In this document: positions 40,957-55,268 of the stretch, piece by piece
Position numbering within the stretch: position 1 is the stretch's first letter
How the letters are laid out: every line of letters begins with the position of its first letter
From: Octopus bimaculoides
Lineage: Eukaryota
Direction of reading: 5' to 3'
Assembly: GCF_001194135.2 (NCBI RefSeq)
Contig: NC_068994.1
Coordinates: 1,318,307-1,382,306 of the forward strand
Length of the DNA: 64,000 nt
Made by a program: the position numbers and the translations under genes
The notes under the pieces: generated by a model
The model's input: only the letters and a program-made list of their open reading frames with translations
Database searches by the model: none
What the model was told of the DNA's origin: nothing

Positions 40957-41680
40957 CTATAAACAACTCACAGGATTCAGAACAAGTTGCCAAGCGTTTT
41001 GGTGATGAAAATAAGAAAACAAGTCTTAATTTTATATCAACCCAGTAACACCACACAGCTACATGTCTACACCTCTATATCACTACATGTCTACATGACT
41101 ACATCCCTACATGGCTCTATTACTCATTACTACATGTTTATAGCAAATCCCCATTGTTACAATATCATAAAGAAAATACAACATTGTAAACAACTCCAAA
41201 CATGACCTCTCCTTCTCATTCACTCATTACTGCCTTCCTTGATCTCCTCCTTCTCCTGGACTCTCTACACCCCTCCCTACAATGACCTCTCACCTCCTCC
41301 CTACCTCTTTACTGACCAATCAACTGCAGGCTCATTTCACACTTGAGGTGTTAGTGAGTTATTAATCACGTGACACTTGAACCAATGGCTGATGGTCAGC
41401 AGGGATTTGAGCAGATGTATCCACTTCCTTAGTCTGTATCGTCAGTTGTCATTAGGAATTAGATTAGGTTTGGTAGTGACTGTCTGTGTGTCTCTCTGCA
41501 ACGTGTGTGGGTCAGTAACAGTGTGTGTGTATGTAAGTCTGTATATGTGGTTCACGTGTTTTAGGTGTTAGTGTGAGTGTGTGTGTGTGTATATACATGT
41601 GTGTGTGTATGAGTATACAAATATATGCATACACACACACATATATATAAAAGCATAAATACATATATACATATAGGTAT

Positions 41681-41718
<38 letters not shown>

Positions 41719-42137
41719 GTATACATACATACTTTTGTGAGTGTATATTACACACACACACACACAAAATTATGTGTGTATGCTGTGTTTGACAAAAGGA
41801 ATGTGTATGTGTGTGTGTGTCTACTATATCTGAAAGTTTCCATGCTTGAGTTTTGAAGCTACAGATCCCTAATAGGCTTGCTGGACACACAGACAGACAT
41901 TTAGGCAGGCAAACAGAAAGGCAGATTGATAAAGAGATTGAAAGATAGTCAGATAGTCAGATAGTTAGATAGGTGTCACAGTATGCGCACTGAAACAACA
42001 AGTACAAATGACGAACAACAACAACAGCAACAACACTAACAATGTGATTGCATATATTTACATACAAACATACATACATACATATACAAACACACCTACA
42101 TACATGCATGCATTCATACATACATACATATATATAT

Positions 42138-42585
42138 CATCATCAGCAGAAATATTCATTTAATGTCCACTTTCCATGCTGGCATGGGTTGGACAGTTTG
42201 ACATGGAGCTGGTTAGCAGAGAGTTGTCCAGACTCTAACTCTGTTGCGGCATGGTTTCTATGGCTGGATGCCCTTCCTAATGCCAACCATTTAACGGAGT
42301 CTGCTAGATGCTTTTTACATGCCTCCATCAGGTGTGCATTGATGCAGCACCAGCATGGATGCATCAATACAGCACCAGCACAGGTGCCTTTTAAGTGGCA
42401 CTGGCACCTGCAAAGGACAAACCTGTATGTGTGGAAGACAGGGATTTTACTTAGCTTGATGCATCTTATCAAGTACAGCAAATTGCCACATCTCCTGGTC
42501 CCTTGTCGTTTCCTCAGTGAGGCCCAGCAACCGAAGATCCTTTCTCACCATTTCGTCCCATGTCTTCTTGGGTCTACTCCTTCCG
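42138..42585 (-). mobile_element. RTE LINE 3' end: last codons of ORF, 3'UTR and (GAT)n tail
   Basis: GRSRPKKTWDEMVRKDLRLLGLTEETTRDQEMWQFAVLDKMHQAK* is contiguous with the ctggatgcccttcctaatgccaacc UTR, tying the UTR family to RTE. Confidence 0.9.
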
Positions 42586-42627
42586 TGCACATGCATGTGC
42601 ATGTGTGTGTGTGTGTGTGTGTGTGTA

Positions 42628-42775
42628 AGCATAGTTATGTGGTTAAGAAGTTTGCTGACCAACTATGAGATTTTGGTTTCAGTTCCACTGTATGGCACCT
42701 TGGGAAAGTGTCTTCTGTTAGGCGCCATGGACTGACCAAAGCTTTGTGGGTTGATTTGGTAGATGGAAACTGCTT
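42628..42775 (+). mobile_element. SINE family B
   Basis: gtggttaagaagtttgc...ggcaccttgggaaagtgtcttc...gatttggtagatggaaactg. Confidence 0.8.
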
Positions 42776-43404
42776 AGATACAAATGTGGGTTGAAGGCAG
42801 GTAGGGCATCCTCCAGCTATGGAAAGTCTGCCTCCATAGACTTTGTTCAGTCAATGCAAGCATTCAAAGAACAGCATAATGTGAAATGGTCTCCAACCTT
42901 GCCTCCATGAGGCCCAACACTTGAAAGGTGCTTTCACATGCCACTGGCACGAGAGCCATTTGTGTGACACCGCTTTCTGCCATGACTGTGATTTTATTTG
43001 GCTTGCTGCATCTTCTTCTCAAGCCAAACTTAATGCCAATGGTCTCAATATATATATGTGTATATGCACTCACACACACTCATGCCTCCACACACACTCA
43101 TGCCGCCACACACACTCATGCCTCCACACACACTCATGCCTCCACACACACACACACACACATGAAAGAAAGGTTCTGTGGTCCTCATGACCGATGCTTC
43201 CAATCAATAAGACCACAGTTAGTAAAGACAGACTATTGACCAACAAGAATCAACAACGGAGCTTTTAGCTGCTCACATAATCTGCTTGAAATGGTACCCA
43301 AGTTGCCCTCAAATTACATCTTAATCACAGGAACAATACAGTGCGAGCACTTTCACAAATATAAATACACCTGATGGGAACTTTCATCTTCTAATCACAA
43401 GGCA

Positions 43405-43520
43405 TTGGTCAGCCCAAGGCTGTAGCAGATGGCATTTACCCAAGGTGCCACACAGTGGAACTGAACCTGAAACCATGTCATTGAGAAACAAGCTTTCTAA
43501 CCACACAGTCATGCCTGCAA
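43405..43520 (-). mobile_element. SINE family B, partial
   Basis: cccaaggtgccacacagtggaactgaacctgaaaccatg...ctaaccacacagtcatgcc. Confidence 0.75.
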
Positions 43521-43971
43521 CTGTTATATAAAAGGCAGGATGGTCATGGAAGAAATGCCTGTGATCACAAGTTAACTCAATCAGGTCCGAGCTAGGGTTA
43601 TACAACTGCAACTACCATTAAGCAGCTAGAGTTCACACTGTAGCCAGTGAGTTGTCCCATTTAATTAAATGTTGACCCAATAGTTAATTAGATTGTTAAC
43701 CCACAAGTTGCCAGTTCCATCTCTATTCCCTTAAGTCCCACACATGTGTAAATTGAAGCCAATTTATAGCCAAATTAGAACTAATAGCTATTTACATACA
43801 CCTTCACAGGCCTGCTTGTCTATATGTGGGTATATGGTTGTCTATGTGCATGTGTGTGTGTGTGTGTTTAAAGGCAGTATTGATATATGCGTACATACAC
43901 ACCTATGCACTATCTCTCACTCTCTTCAGACACACACACACATACACATACCTACACATACATATACTGTA

Positions 43972-44016
<45 letters not shown>

Positions 44017-44099
44017 ACTTAAAGGTGATATTGATGAATGCATACATATATACTTATGCTCTGTCTCTCACTCTCTTCAGACACACACACACACACATG

Positions 44100-44140
<41 letters not shown>

Positions 44141-44236
44141 TGTGTGTGAGTGCATGTGTACATGTCTATGTATGCACATATATGTATATTTATGTATATA
44201 TGTACATATGTATATATATATTTTTATGTGTGAGTG

Positions 44237-44276
<40 letters not shown>

Positions 44277-44325
44277 TATGTATGTATATATATATATATG
44301 TATATGAGTGTGTATATAGATATAC

Positions 44326-44363
<38 letters not shown>

Positions 44364-44569
44364 GTATATATATATATATATGCACTACACAATCTAGTTA
44401 ATCACAGTGAAATTAGTTAACCACTGAGAGTGCAAAATAACTCAACACGTAGTCGGTGCTATGACTTTTAGTCTATGTAAATTAAGCAAACCTGAAGAAT
44501 GGATATCAAATATATAACATACACTTATATATCACAGAATATTTATATTTACATACATAGAGACATGCA

Positions 44570-44646
<77 letters not shown>

Positions 44647-44819
44647 ACATTTCTATGCATTAGCGGTTTGGCAAAAGAGACCAATAGTATAAATACTAGG
44701 CATATAAAGAATAAGTCCTAGGGTCGATTTGTTTGACTAAAGGCAGTGCTCCATCATGGCTGCAGTCAGTTGACTGAAACAAATAAAAGAATAGACGAAA
44801 AGAAAACATGACAGGATGA

Positions 44820-45120
44820 TGCTGTCCTCGTCTCTGCCAGACTCTCAGATGTTGTTAAACATCGCTGGTCACAATGCACTTCACATCGTCTTAGGCTTTC
44901 AACGATGCCACTTCACTGGTAAGGTGAGGAGGGTGATGTTTCCCATGATCAGAGGGTAATCCATCACAGGGGTGGACCCATTTACAACCCAGTGGACTGG
45001 AGCAATGTGAAATGAAGGGTTTTGCTCAAGAACACAACATGCCACCCATCCTGGGAATTGAACGCATTATCTAGCAATCATCAGTGCAACACTCTAACCA
45101 CTAGGCCACATGCTTTCACA
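44820..45120 (-). mobile_element. SINE family C
   Basis: tgtgaaatgaagggttttgctcaagaacacaac...gggaattgaac...ctaaccactaggccacatgc (tRNA-like head at the right end). Confidence 0.7.
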
Positions 45121-46187
45121 TAAATGCACGTGCACACACACATACACACAAATATATAAGTGTGTGTATGTGTGTGTGTGTGTGTATCTGTAAAACCGTA
45201 GATAGTTAGTTGCAAACTAACAGCACAAGACTACGACAAGAGCCGTTCAATAGCTCATGGAGGAAACATTAAATCCAAAGATAAAATTTATGACAATCTA
45301 ACTCCAACAACAACAACAGCAATCACACAGCCACAACAAATATGAAGATTTATTGGTCTCCCTTAGAGAAGACATCATGTGGCAGGACATCTGGTGTTAC
45401 TATAGTAACCTACTAACAGTAAAAGATTGAGTGAAGGAAATTCTTGACCCCCACCCCTCCCCCACTGACCAAATGGTACAAGTCAAATGAAGCAAGTTGG
45501 AAATAGTGCTTAGTGGAGGTCACTTGGATTGGGAGTGTCGGTGTTTGATTGTTGACAGAAAAAATCTATGTGTTTGCCTGTCTGTCTGCTTGTTTGTCTG
45601 TCTACATATCTATCTCTTTTCCTCTCTCTCTCTCTCTACATCTCTCTCCATCCATCTATCTATCTACCTATCCATCCATCCACTCATCTATCTATCTATC
45701 TATCTATCTACCCATCCATCCATCCATTTGTCTATCAATCCATCTACCTGTCTGTCTATCTATCCATCTATCTATCTATATATGTGTATATATATATATC
45801 ATAGACGTCCTCATATATATGCAGATGCATTGTGCATCTAAAACAGCCATATAGATAACTGTAGGTTTAGATGTATATAGATGAATGAATATTGGCACTA
45901 TTACACACACAATTGTGCGTTCATATGCACACACACGATTGTGCATTCATATGCACACACACACATACGTTGCAATGTGAATAATAAGCATACATAGGAG
46001 TGCTTAAGCTCAACCACACACACATACACACATTTGCATACATACACACACACACACACACATATTGAAAACGAATTTTTATGTGATGTCCATATAATGA
46101 AATTCATATTGTTTTATATTATGTTGTATAGAGTCAATAATATACATTAACGCTTCTAAAATGTATTCATGTATACATGTGTGTGGG

Positions 46188-46223
<36 letters not shown>

Positions 46224-46241
46224 CATATGCACATATATACA

Positions 46242-46294
<53 letters not shown>

Positions 46295-46352
46295 GTACAT
46301 ATATATATATACATGTGTTTGTGTATATATACACACATATATATACATATAC

Positions 46353-46449
<97 letters not shown>

Positions 46450-47040
46450 AGATAGATAGATAGATGTAATCTATATATGTATTTTTATATATGCATGAAA
46501 CATTCAAAGTTTTGTAACTGTGTATAATATTATACATAATCATTTACATATATTAGAGATAACAAAGAGAAACTTAATGTATCTGACTCACTCTAAACTG
46601 AGCATGCTTCTGTGTTTAAGATTATGATGGTGGCACTGGTGATGGTGGCACTGGTGGTGGTGGCACTGGTGGTGGTGAAGCAGGTGATAAAAATTACTCC
46701 CATGCCAATGATAATGTTGGTATTCCTATAAAATTCTTCGGTTATTATATTTCCTGATATTCTCTGTCAAATATTTCCTTACCAAACCTTATATAACCCC
46801 ATCAGTGCTTAAAGGCAACTGCTTCAAAACCTGCAACTCTGATTAGAAACTCATATTCATACCAGTAATTATTGGTGCACTTGGTTATTTTAGAAAATGA
46901 CTAAGCCAAAATTTGGAGAAGCTAAAGTCTTCAAGCAAAGAAAGAGAGCAGCTAACACACACTTTACAGACACAATTTATAAGTGGAACAGTAAAAATAT
47001 GCAAGACTTTCTTTAAGTTTGATTATGTAACATTTATAGT

Positions 47041-47280
47041 TTTTATTTACATTATTTACATTTGATGGAGATTTGTCCTCATCTTGTTTGTTGTTAACAC
47101 GTTTCGGCTGATATACCCTCCAGCCTTCATCAGGTGTCTTGGGGAAATTTCAAACCTGTGTTCTCATTCTTAAGGTATTTTTCAATGTTTTTATTATTAT
47201 TATTATTACTATTATTATTCAGGTCACTGCCTGGAATCGAATTCAGAATCTTGGGGTTAGTAGCTCACGCTTTTAAACAA
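47041..47280 (-). mobile_element. tRNA-headed SINE-like element with internal (AAT)n and a hammerhead-like motif (47096-47138)
   Basis: Minus strand: ...ctactaaccccaagattctgaattcgattccaggc (T-arm/B-box-like) - (aat)n - gacac CTGATGA a ggctg-gagggtatat-cagcc GAAAC gtgtt - tail tgtaaataatgtaaataa. Confidence 0.65.
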
Positions 47281-47760
47281 ATTTTATTCACATCAATGTG
47301 TTCATATTGAATTAGCATTTGTCAAAATCAAGTGTGGAAAATAACATCCATCATGTGGTGTCCATTTTCATAGATCCATTTCTGAAAGCTTGCCGGACGC
47401 AATTCACATTTTCCGGGGTCCGTACCATTCATGACACCCTCACCAGTCTCTTATTCATTAGTGTACCTCGTGTACGAAGTGCATTCACCCAACATAAGAT
47501 TGTGTTATGGGTGGGAACTGCCTGATTTTGGTGAATGTTGAAGTGGTACCGAAACTAATGCTGAACTGCTGTGACAGACTCATTATTCTTCACATAACTG
47601 TTAAAGGCAAACACACGATGCTCAATCGACCACAGCACCACGGCTTTACCTGAAAAGGGTTCAGAGAGCACAGACTGAATGGTACCTGTCAGACATATGT
47701 CCCTCTCCATGGGGCTGAGGAATAGCCATTTCCCAAACGTCTGTCCTCTCTGCCCAACCC
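47281..47760 (-). mobile_element. Internally deleted Tc1/mariner-superfamily transposon (DUF4817-type N-terminal HTH)
   Basis: WSIEHRVFAFNSYVKNNESVTAVQH*FRYHFNIHQNQAVPTHNTILCWVNALRTRGTL...VRTPENVNCVRQAF joined directly to a C-terminal-like NGHHMMDVIFHT*. Confidence 0.8.
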
Positions 47761-48262
47761 TATAGCTGTAAAATTGTTTGAGAAAGAACATCCAACCGTG
47801 ACAGAATGGAAAAATAGATATAAAGCAAATGATGATGATGATGGCAATGGTGGCAGCAATGAGCAGAGTAAGGATGAGGATGATGGTGATGATGGAGACA
47901 CCACTGAAGATGATGATGATGATGACAATGACTACAGCATCGATGATGATAATGTCATATGTATATACATAATAGGTGTCACCAGAGTTCTTGTAGAGCA
48001 AACTTTGATTGAAAATTTTCGTTGTGTTAACAGTATGGAAAAAAGACACATGACAATGACACCACTCCTTTGGATTGAACCCAGCACTAGAGTCAAGCTT
48101 ATACCCATGTCTAGAAGTACTTTGATAATAAACACACATACTCAGAGTTAGTAACATCCTACCCTACTCTCCAACACACACACACACGCATTCACATCTA
48201 ATCAAATATGTATTGTTGTCATGTTGAAAGATGTGCACAATTGCATTAATGTAATGCATACA

Positions 48263-48343
<81 letters not shown>

Positions 48344-48793
48344 ATGTATATATAATACAGCTGTTTAATTCAGTAAAGAATGTACATAGACATATGTGTA
48401 TTTGTGATGCGCAATATATGATGAGGTCTCAGAATGACTTTTGCATAGATAAAATGTGCTCATATAGCTAAGTGTGTGTGTATGTATAAAAATATATGCA
48501 TTAATATTTATATATATATATGTATGTGTGTGTGTGTGTGTGTGTAGGTATTATGATTTTATTTACAAATGTGCAAATATTAAAAAGTGTATCTATCTCT
48601 ATATATATATCTATAAATATGCATACCAATACATATATGTATGTATATGGATTGGTATCTATATATATATGCATATAAATACACACACACACACTATTTA
48701 ATCGGGGCACATTTGTAAATTATAAGCGTAAAAAATATAAGTCTGAGATATTAGTTTAAGTTATATTTACACACAAAAAACACTAGCATATGG

Positions 48794-48871
<78 letters not shown>

Positions 48872-49024
48872 TTCTCTTTCTCATCCTATCCCCCTTTCTC
48901 TTTCTCCATATATATGTATACATATGTACAGGTATGTATATATACACACATATATTAATGCACTTATGTGTAACTTGCATAAAAGATTTTGTATATATGA
49001 TGCAAATGTATAGATATATATATG

Positions 49025-49056
<32 letters not shown>

Positions 49057-49072
49057 TACATATATATATGTG

Positions 49073-49143
<71 letters not shown>

Positions 49144-49809
49144 NNNNNNNNNNNNNNNNNNNNNNNNNNNNNNNNNNNNNNNNNNNNNNNNNNNNNNNNN
49201 NNNNNNNNNNNNNNNNNNNNNNNNNNNNNNNNNNNNNNNNNNNNNNNNNNNNNNNNNNNNNNNNNNNNNNNNNNNNNNNNNNNNNNNNNNNNNNNNNNNN
49301 NNNNNNNNNNNNNNNNNNATATATATATATATATATATGTATATGTATATATGTATATATAATGCTGTGTATCAGTACACTGATGTTGGAAAGCGATTTG
49401 ATTGACAGCTCAATAGAGACAAGGAATAAAAAAGAGGCGGAAGATGACGACGATGATGACTATGATGAAGATAATGATGATTATGATGACGACGACATTG
49501 GTACTGTTGTTGTTGTTGATGATGTTGAACAACAAAAAGACAATGACAACATGTAACTTGAAACACTAAGTGAAATACTTATTACAGTGAAGAATGTACA
49601 CCTATGTGTGCGTGTGTGTGTGTATGGAGGGATAATGTTATACACACACTTATACACATACATGTGTGTGGATGTGTTTATACTCTTATATGCACATATA
49701 TACATACACACACATGCACATATATTTGTTTATGGAACTTGTATACTTTTGCAATTTGCACAACTTATAGGATTTAAACATATAAGTCTACTAACTATAT
49801 ATACACATA

Positions 49810-49850
<41 letters not shown>

Positions 49851-49931
49851 TCTATAGTTAAATATGCATGTATGTACTTATCTTTNNNNNNNNNNGCATG
49901 TATGTACTTATCTTTCTGTATATTCATATAT

Positions 49932-49984
<53 letters not shown>

Positions 49985-50375
49985 GGTCATCGCTAGCTCT
50001 CACTGTGCACACAACCGTGTGCTGCCATCTGTTGGTGTGCTACAGAATTAGTAGGGGAACTTTTTGATACAACCTTGTCTATCACCTATCATGACCATCA
50101 CTTAGTTCCCTCATTATACTCGATTGCATGATTCACATACAATTTTTTGAGGCAGATTTTTCTAAGGCCAGATGTCCTTCCTGTCACCAACCATCACATT
50201 TTTCAAACGAAGATAATGTTTTCACTGGGCCAGACATGTTTCCGTGAAAGATTGCAAATGAAGGACGCTATTAATACAATTTAGAAATATCACATGATGA
50301 CAGGAGCAAGAAACACAAATACACTAACTCCAAGACACACATCCACATACCCCCACCCCTGCACACACACATATA

Positions 50376-50435
<60 letters not shown>

Positions 50436-50479
50436 AGTGTCAACCAGACCCTCAGATACTGTTATATACCACTGGTCAC

Positions 50480-50740
50480 AATGAACTTCCAATTCTATCT
50501 TGATTGCCCCATTCTTTTCCATCTTGACTGAATCGTCTTCCCATTGTCGTGGAGGCCTTCCAAGTGGAATTTTCTACTCTCTTGGATGTTCCACTCAGTA
50601 ACCGCACTGGTCCACCTGTTTCCTGTGAATCTTGTGGCATGCCTGGCCCAGTGAATCTTGTGCTTTTAGTATTCTGCAGCCACATCATTCACTCCAATCT
50701 GTTCTCGAATGAATTCATTTTGAATGTATTCTCAAAACAA
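50480..50740 (-). mobile_element. RTE LINE C-terminal fragment (second family)
   Basis: IQNEFIREQIGVNDVAAEY*KHKIHWARHATRFTGNRWTSAVTEW matches KWxWAGHxxR...RWTxxVxEW. Confidence 0.8.
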
Positions 50741-50787
50741 TATTCCTAGCATGGTTTTATACACACACACACACACACACACACATG

Positions 50788-50915
50788 GAATGAGCTTCTT
50801 TCAGTTTCCATTTATGAAATACACTCAAAACTTTGCTTAGCCTTGGGCCATAGTGGAAGGCACATGCCCAAGGTACCATGTAATGGGATTGAACTTCTTA
50901 ACCACACAGCCGTGC
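50788..50915 (-). mobile_element. SINE family B
   Basis: gagcttctttcagtttcc...cccaaggtaccatgtaatgggattgaac...ttaaccacacagcc. Confidence 0.8.
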
Positions 50916-51285
50916 CTGCACTTATTACACGTGTGCACGCATGCACACACACTGACACATACATAAAGGCGTGTGTGTGTGTATGCACTTCCATGTGTGT
51001 TAGAATGTATAGAAGCATTCAAATAGGACCACCTCCACACACCCGGGTAGGTCCCCTTTCTCTCTCCTCCTCCCCACATCGATAAAATATGTATTATGGT
51101 GAATACAAATATCTGTAGACATGACAGTAATGCTGCAACATGGTCAGAGGCTAACAAATGAAACCAGGAAAATATATAAAGAATATAAAGAGACTGAATT
51201 CATATATAAAGACTTGATGGATCTTACCTCATCCCACCACCACCACCACAACCTCTACATTATATCCTCCATCAAATCTATCAAG

Positions 51286-51320
<35 letters not shown>

Positions 51321-52477
51321 ATATATATATATATGTACACACACACACAAACATACATACATACACACATATATGAATATACATACATACATTGATATAT
51401 ATATATATATATATATATGCATAGATTTATGTACACACGCACACACGTGTGTGTGTTTGTGTGCATATAGGAACAATAAGTCTATGTTAAACAGTTCAGC
51501 TGCCAATCAAATGTTGTAGAACATCTAAACCCTGCTACACCCACCACCACCATCATCCCCCCACCCCCATACTACCTTCACCTCACTGTCTTCTGTCAAA
51601 CATGTTATTTAGTTTCTTTATGTAAAACTACTTATATATACATACATAAAAACGTATATACATGTATGTGTGCGTGCATGCATATATACATATATATAGA
51701 CACACACCTATATATATATATATTTATGTACATATATATGTGTGTGGGTGGTGTATTCATGTACATTCTATTATACATATACACAAGGGTGTATACTAAA
51801 AGATTTTATTAATTTTTTGCTAAATTTCTGTATTTAATGCGAATCAAAGATATTTTACTACGTTCTCATTGTTTTTCATATTGTTCTTGTTCTTCTTATG
51901 GTTTTTGCTGCTGTTGTCTTTTCTTTGTTTGCTTTTTTTTTTACTTTTAATTTCTTCTACAAAGTTCTGGAAACTTTGCAAAGTTGTGTTTCTTGAACAC
52001 TGCTATTTTGATGCTAGAATATCACACACATACATACACACATGAACACACATGCACACACACACACACACACACACACAACGAAAGGAGAGGGCAGTAG
52101 GATTGTAGTTAACTGAACCAACAACACCACCTCCAGCCCTCTACCACAGAATATAACTGGTATTTCATTTATTGTCTCTAGAATTAAAAGCAAAAACAAC
52201 TTTTGAAGGATTTGAACTCATTATATTTTCAGGACTGTTTGACCCTCTATCATACCTACCAACTGTTATTCCAGTGAAGGAATCTCCACAGGGTCATCTG
52301 AGGGAATGTTGTGATTTTGGTCTCTCATATGCTGAAGAAACTGAGTTTGGTTTTGTAACTGCAACACATAAACGTAAGATTTCAGTTGTGTCTCCCATTG
52401 TGTTCCATAGTGAAGGTTGCTTCAGGTGTAACACTCCAACACACAGATATCATGATGTAGAAGAAATCATCATCATC

Positions 52478-52632
52478 ATTATTATTATTGAAGCCGTTGC
52501 AGAGTATCCAATATTGTGCTGTTGTAGATTGAAGATTTTGTGTTGTGGGGATTTGTGCCACCTGTCAAGTCACAACGAGGACCTCAGACAGTCAGTACTT
52601 TATGCAGTATGCATACAGTTCCAAGTATTATA
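52478..52632 (-). mobile_element. R4/Dong-like 3' terminus with short UTR and (AAT)n tail
   Basis: IILGTVCILHKVLTV* then UTR, ending in aataataataat. Confidence 0.6.
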
Positions 52633-52634
52633 AT

Positions 52635-53040
52635 CATTCATCATCATCATCGTTTAACGTCTGCTTTCCATGCTGGCATGGGTTGAACGATTTGACTGAG
52701 GACTAGTAAAAAAGAAGGCTGCACCAAGCCCCAATCTGATCTGGCAGAGTTTCTACAGCTGGATGCCCTTCCTAACGCCAACCACTCTGACAGTGTAGTG
52801 GGTGCTTTTACGTGCCACCAGCACGAGGACCAGTCAGGTGGCTCTCGCAACGACCACACTCTAAAGGCGTTTTTTACATGCTACCTGCACGGAAGCCAGT
52901 CCGGCGGTATTGGCAACAATCACAACCGGATGTGCTTTTAACGTTCCACTGGCACGAGTGCCAATCAGGCGGTACTGTCATTGGCCATGTCAGCAATTTT
53001 GATTTTGATTTCCTCAATAGATCTTCACAAGCAAAGTTTA
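52635..53040 (-). mobile_element. RTE 3'UTR copy with about three subrepeats
   Basis: catcatcgtttaacgtctgctttccatgctggcatggg...ctggatgcccttcctaacgccaacc. Confidence 0.9.
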
Positions 53041-53059
53041 TTGTCCAATACTGGCAGAG

Positions 53060-53250
53060 TAGTTAGCTTGGTGGGTTGGGTGATATGCTTAGCAGTATGT
53101 CATCTGTTGCTGTGCTCTGAGTTCAAATTCTGCTGAAGTCGATTTTGCCTTTCAGAGTTGACAAATTAAGTATCAATAAAACATTAGGATCAGCGAAATC
53201 AACTAGTCCCCTTCCCCAAAATTTCAGGTCTTGCGCCTTTAGTTGAACGG
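53060..53250 (+). mobile_element. SINE family A
   Basis: gagttcaaattctgctgaagtcgattttgcctttcagagttgacaaattaagtatc...cccaaaatttcaggtcttgcgcc. Confidence 0.75.
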
Positions 53251-55243
53251 ATTATTACCATTATTCAATAGTTTCATAGTTCTCACTCTAGTTTGTAAGT
53301 AGATAAGAAGTAACAGCTCACCTGGATAAGACACCACCCTAACACAGGTACCATTCCATAGATAATCGATGGTACCAAGTTATTCTTACATACAGCCATA
53401 TGAGGTGAAGTAAGAGACAATAACGTCTTCTAATGTGCTTATAGCAGATTAGAATCCTTAATCTATTGATATTTTAGTGACGGCGTTAATGGTTTGGTGT
53501 TGTGGTATCAAGGTGTTGTGTCTCTGGTTGTTGCAGACACTCTGAGAGTGGCGGCATCAACAGGGGTGATGTTAGGGGTGAGGTGAGGTTAGTAAACACA
53601 TCACATTCAGCCAATGAAGGGGACTCTATGGGGTTGCTTGAGCTGCAAGGAACCACAGCACACACCCCTATATTGCATCATATCGATCACTACGCTCTTA
53701 ATAAAGAGTGGGTACATTAGATACTGTAGTCCTGGATACACAAGGGCTAAATAGTAAGAGCTGGAATAGATCATATACCTTATTTCATCCAGACTGACCT
53801 GGGGTTAAATAACAACAACAATCTTGACATATTAAAGCAAGTGTTTTCTCCCAGCTCTTATTACCCCTTTTGCTCTGCTATCCCAAATCTCCCACCACCA
53901 CCACCATTCCACTAGAGACAACCTCTAGCAGACAGCAGGAACTTGGAAAGAAAGAATTTGTCAAAGACAAAAATCATTTATCCAGTTTTTAGAGGGGTGG
54001 GAGGTTGGGGTGGGGTGGGGAAAGGAGGGAGTTAATCCTTTAGGATTTACATGTTTTATCCTCAGTGTATTTCTTCTACTTTCAGAGTGTGTTTGATGAA
54101 GGGAAGTGTGTATATGTGTATGTATGTATGTATATATAAATGTGCACGTGTGTGTACATACAAATAAACACACACGCACACACATATGCCAATATACATA
54201 CATGTATATATTGTGTGTATATTTGTAACATGTCAATCACTTTAATCCAACAACTCTCTCATGTTCTTGCTCTCTTTCTCTCTCCTCCTCACATAAATAT
54301 ATTACTTACAAACACACAGATTAATGTAGTTTTATTGATAGAATCAAGTCATACACTAAAGACATGTCGTGTTGATGTCCCATATACTAAACCATACATA
54401 GGGTTTCAATCCTAACCAACAGTTTTTGGTTAATCTTGACCCGGAAATGAAAATCTAAAAAATATACTGGAATGGGTGTAAAACAATGTGTAGTAAACGA
54501 ATATGAAAAAAAAAAAAAAAGGAATGCAAAACAACGGGAGGGTAGGGAGAGGACTTCGGAAAATTCACAAGATCAGAACTTTTCCTTCTTAACTTTTAGG
54601 AAAATGGCGTTTTTTCCAACGAAATTTTATAGAAATACCTTTGAAATGGCATCTATTACGATTATAAAGAAATTTGAGGGGAAAATCTTTTCCAAGAGGG
54701 TTGGAACAAGACTTCTCTCGTAACTTTTAGGAAAATGGGAGTTTTTTCAATGAAATTTTATAGAAATACCTTTCAAATGGCATCTATTACAATTATAAAG
54801 AAATATGAGGGGAAAATATTTTCCAAAGGGATAGGAAGAGGACTTCGGAATATTCAGAATATCCAAGCTTTTCTCCGTAACTTTTAGTAAAATGGCGTTT
54901 TTTCCAACGAAATTTTATAGAAATACCTTCCAAACGGCATACATTTCGATTATAAAGAAATTTGTGGGTTTCCGATTTTTCCCTCGTTATATTTCGAAAC
55001 CCCATTCAACTTTCTACAGATACCCGAGAGTAGAACTATTACACTCCGTAGTGGTTTTTTCTACCCACTTTCAATAATTTTTAATGTTTTGGCTTCATTT
55101 TTGTTTCATTTTATCTTCAATTATTTTACGCTTTTTTAAACCTTTCCGTCGTTATTCTCATTTATTTGTTATCACTTTCCCCCCTCTTCCCCTCTCTCAA
55201 TCTCCTCGCGACATCGACGAGAGTCTGTTGTTCTCCGCTCAAA

Positions 55244-55268
55244 ATGTCGGCGCTCAAAATTGCTAAAG
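55244..55268 (+). CDS. Candidate first coding exon MSALKIAK (phase-1 donor)
   Basis: CpG-rich leader, aaaATGTCGGCG, consensus donor AAG|GTAAGT; no convincing downstream exon found. Confidence 0.3.

Noticed and set aside
40378-41337. 190-bp direct duplication (40378-40567 = 41146-41337)
   Set aside because: First copy is a small contig between two gaps and is essentially identical; probable misplacement
52172-52633. 153-aa + strand ORF
   Set aside because: No recognisable domain; its 3' third is the antisense of an R4/Dong-like 3' end plus microsatellite
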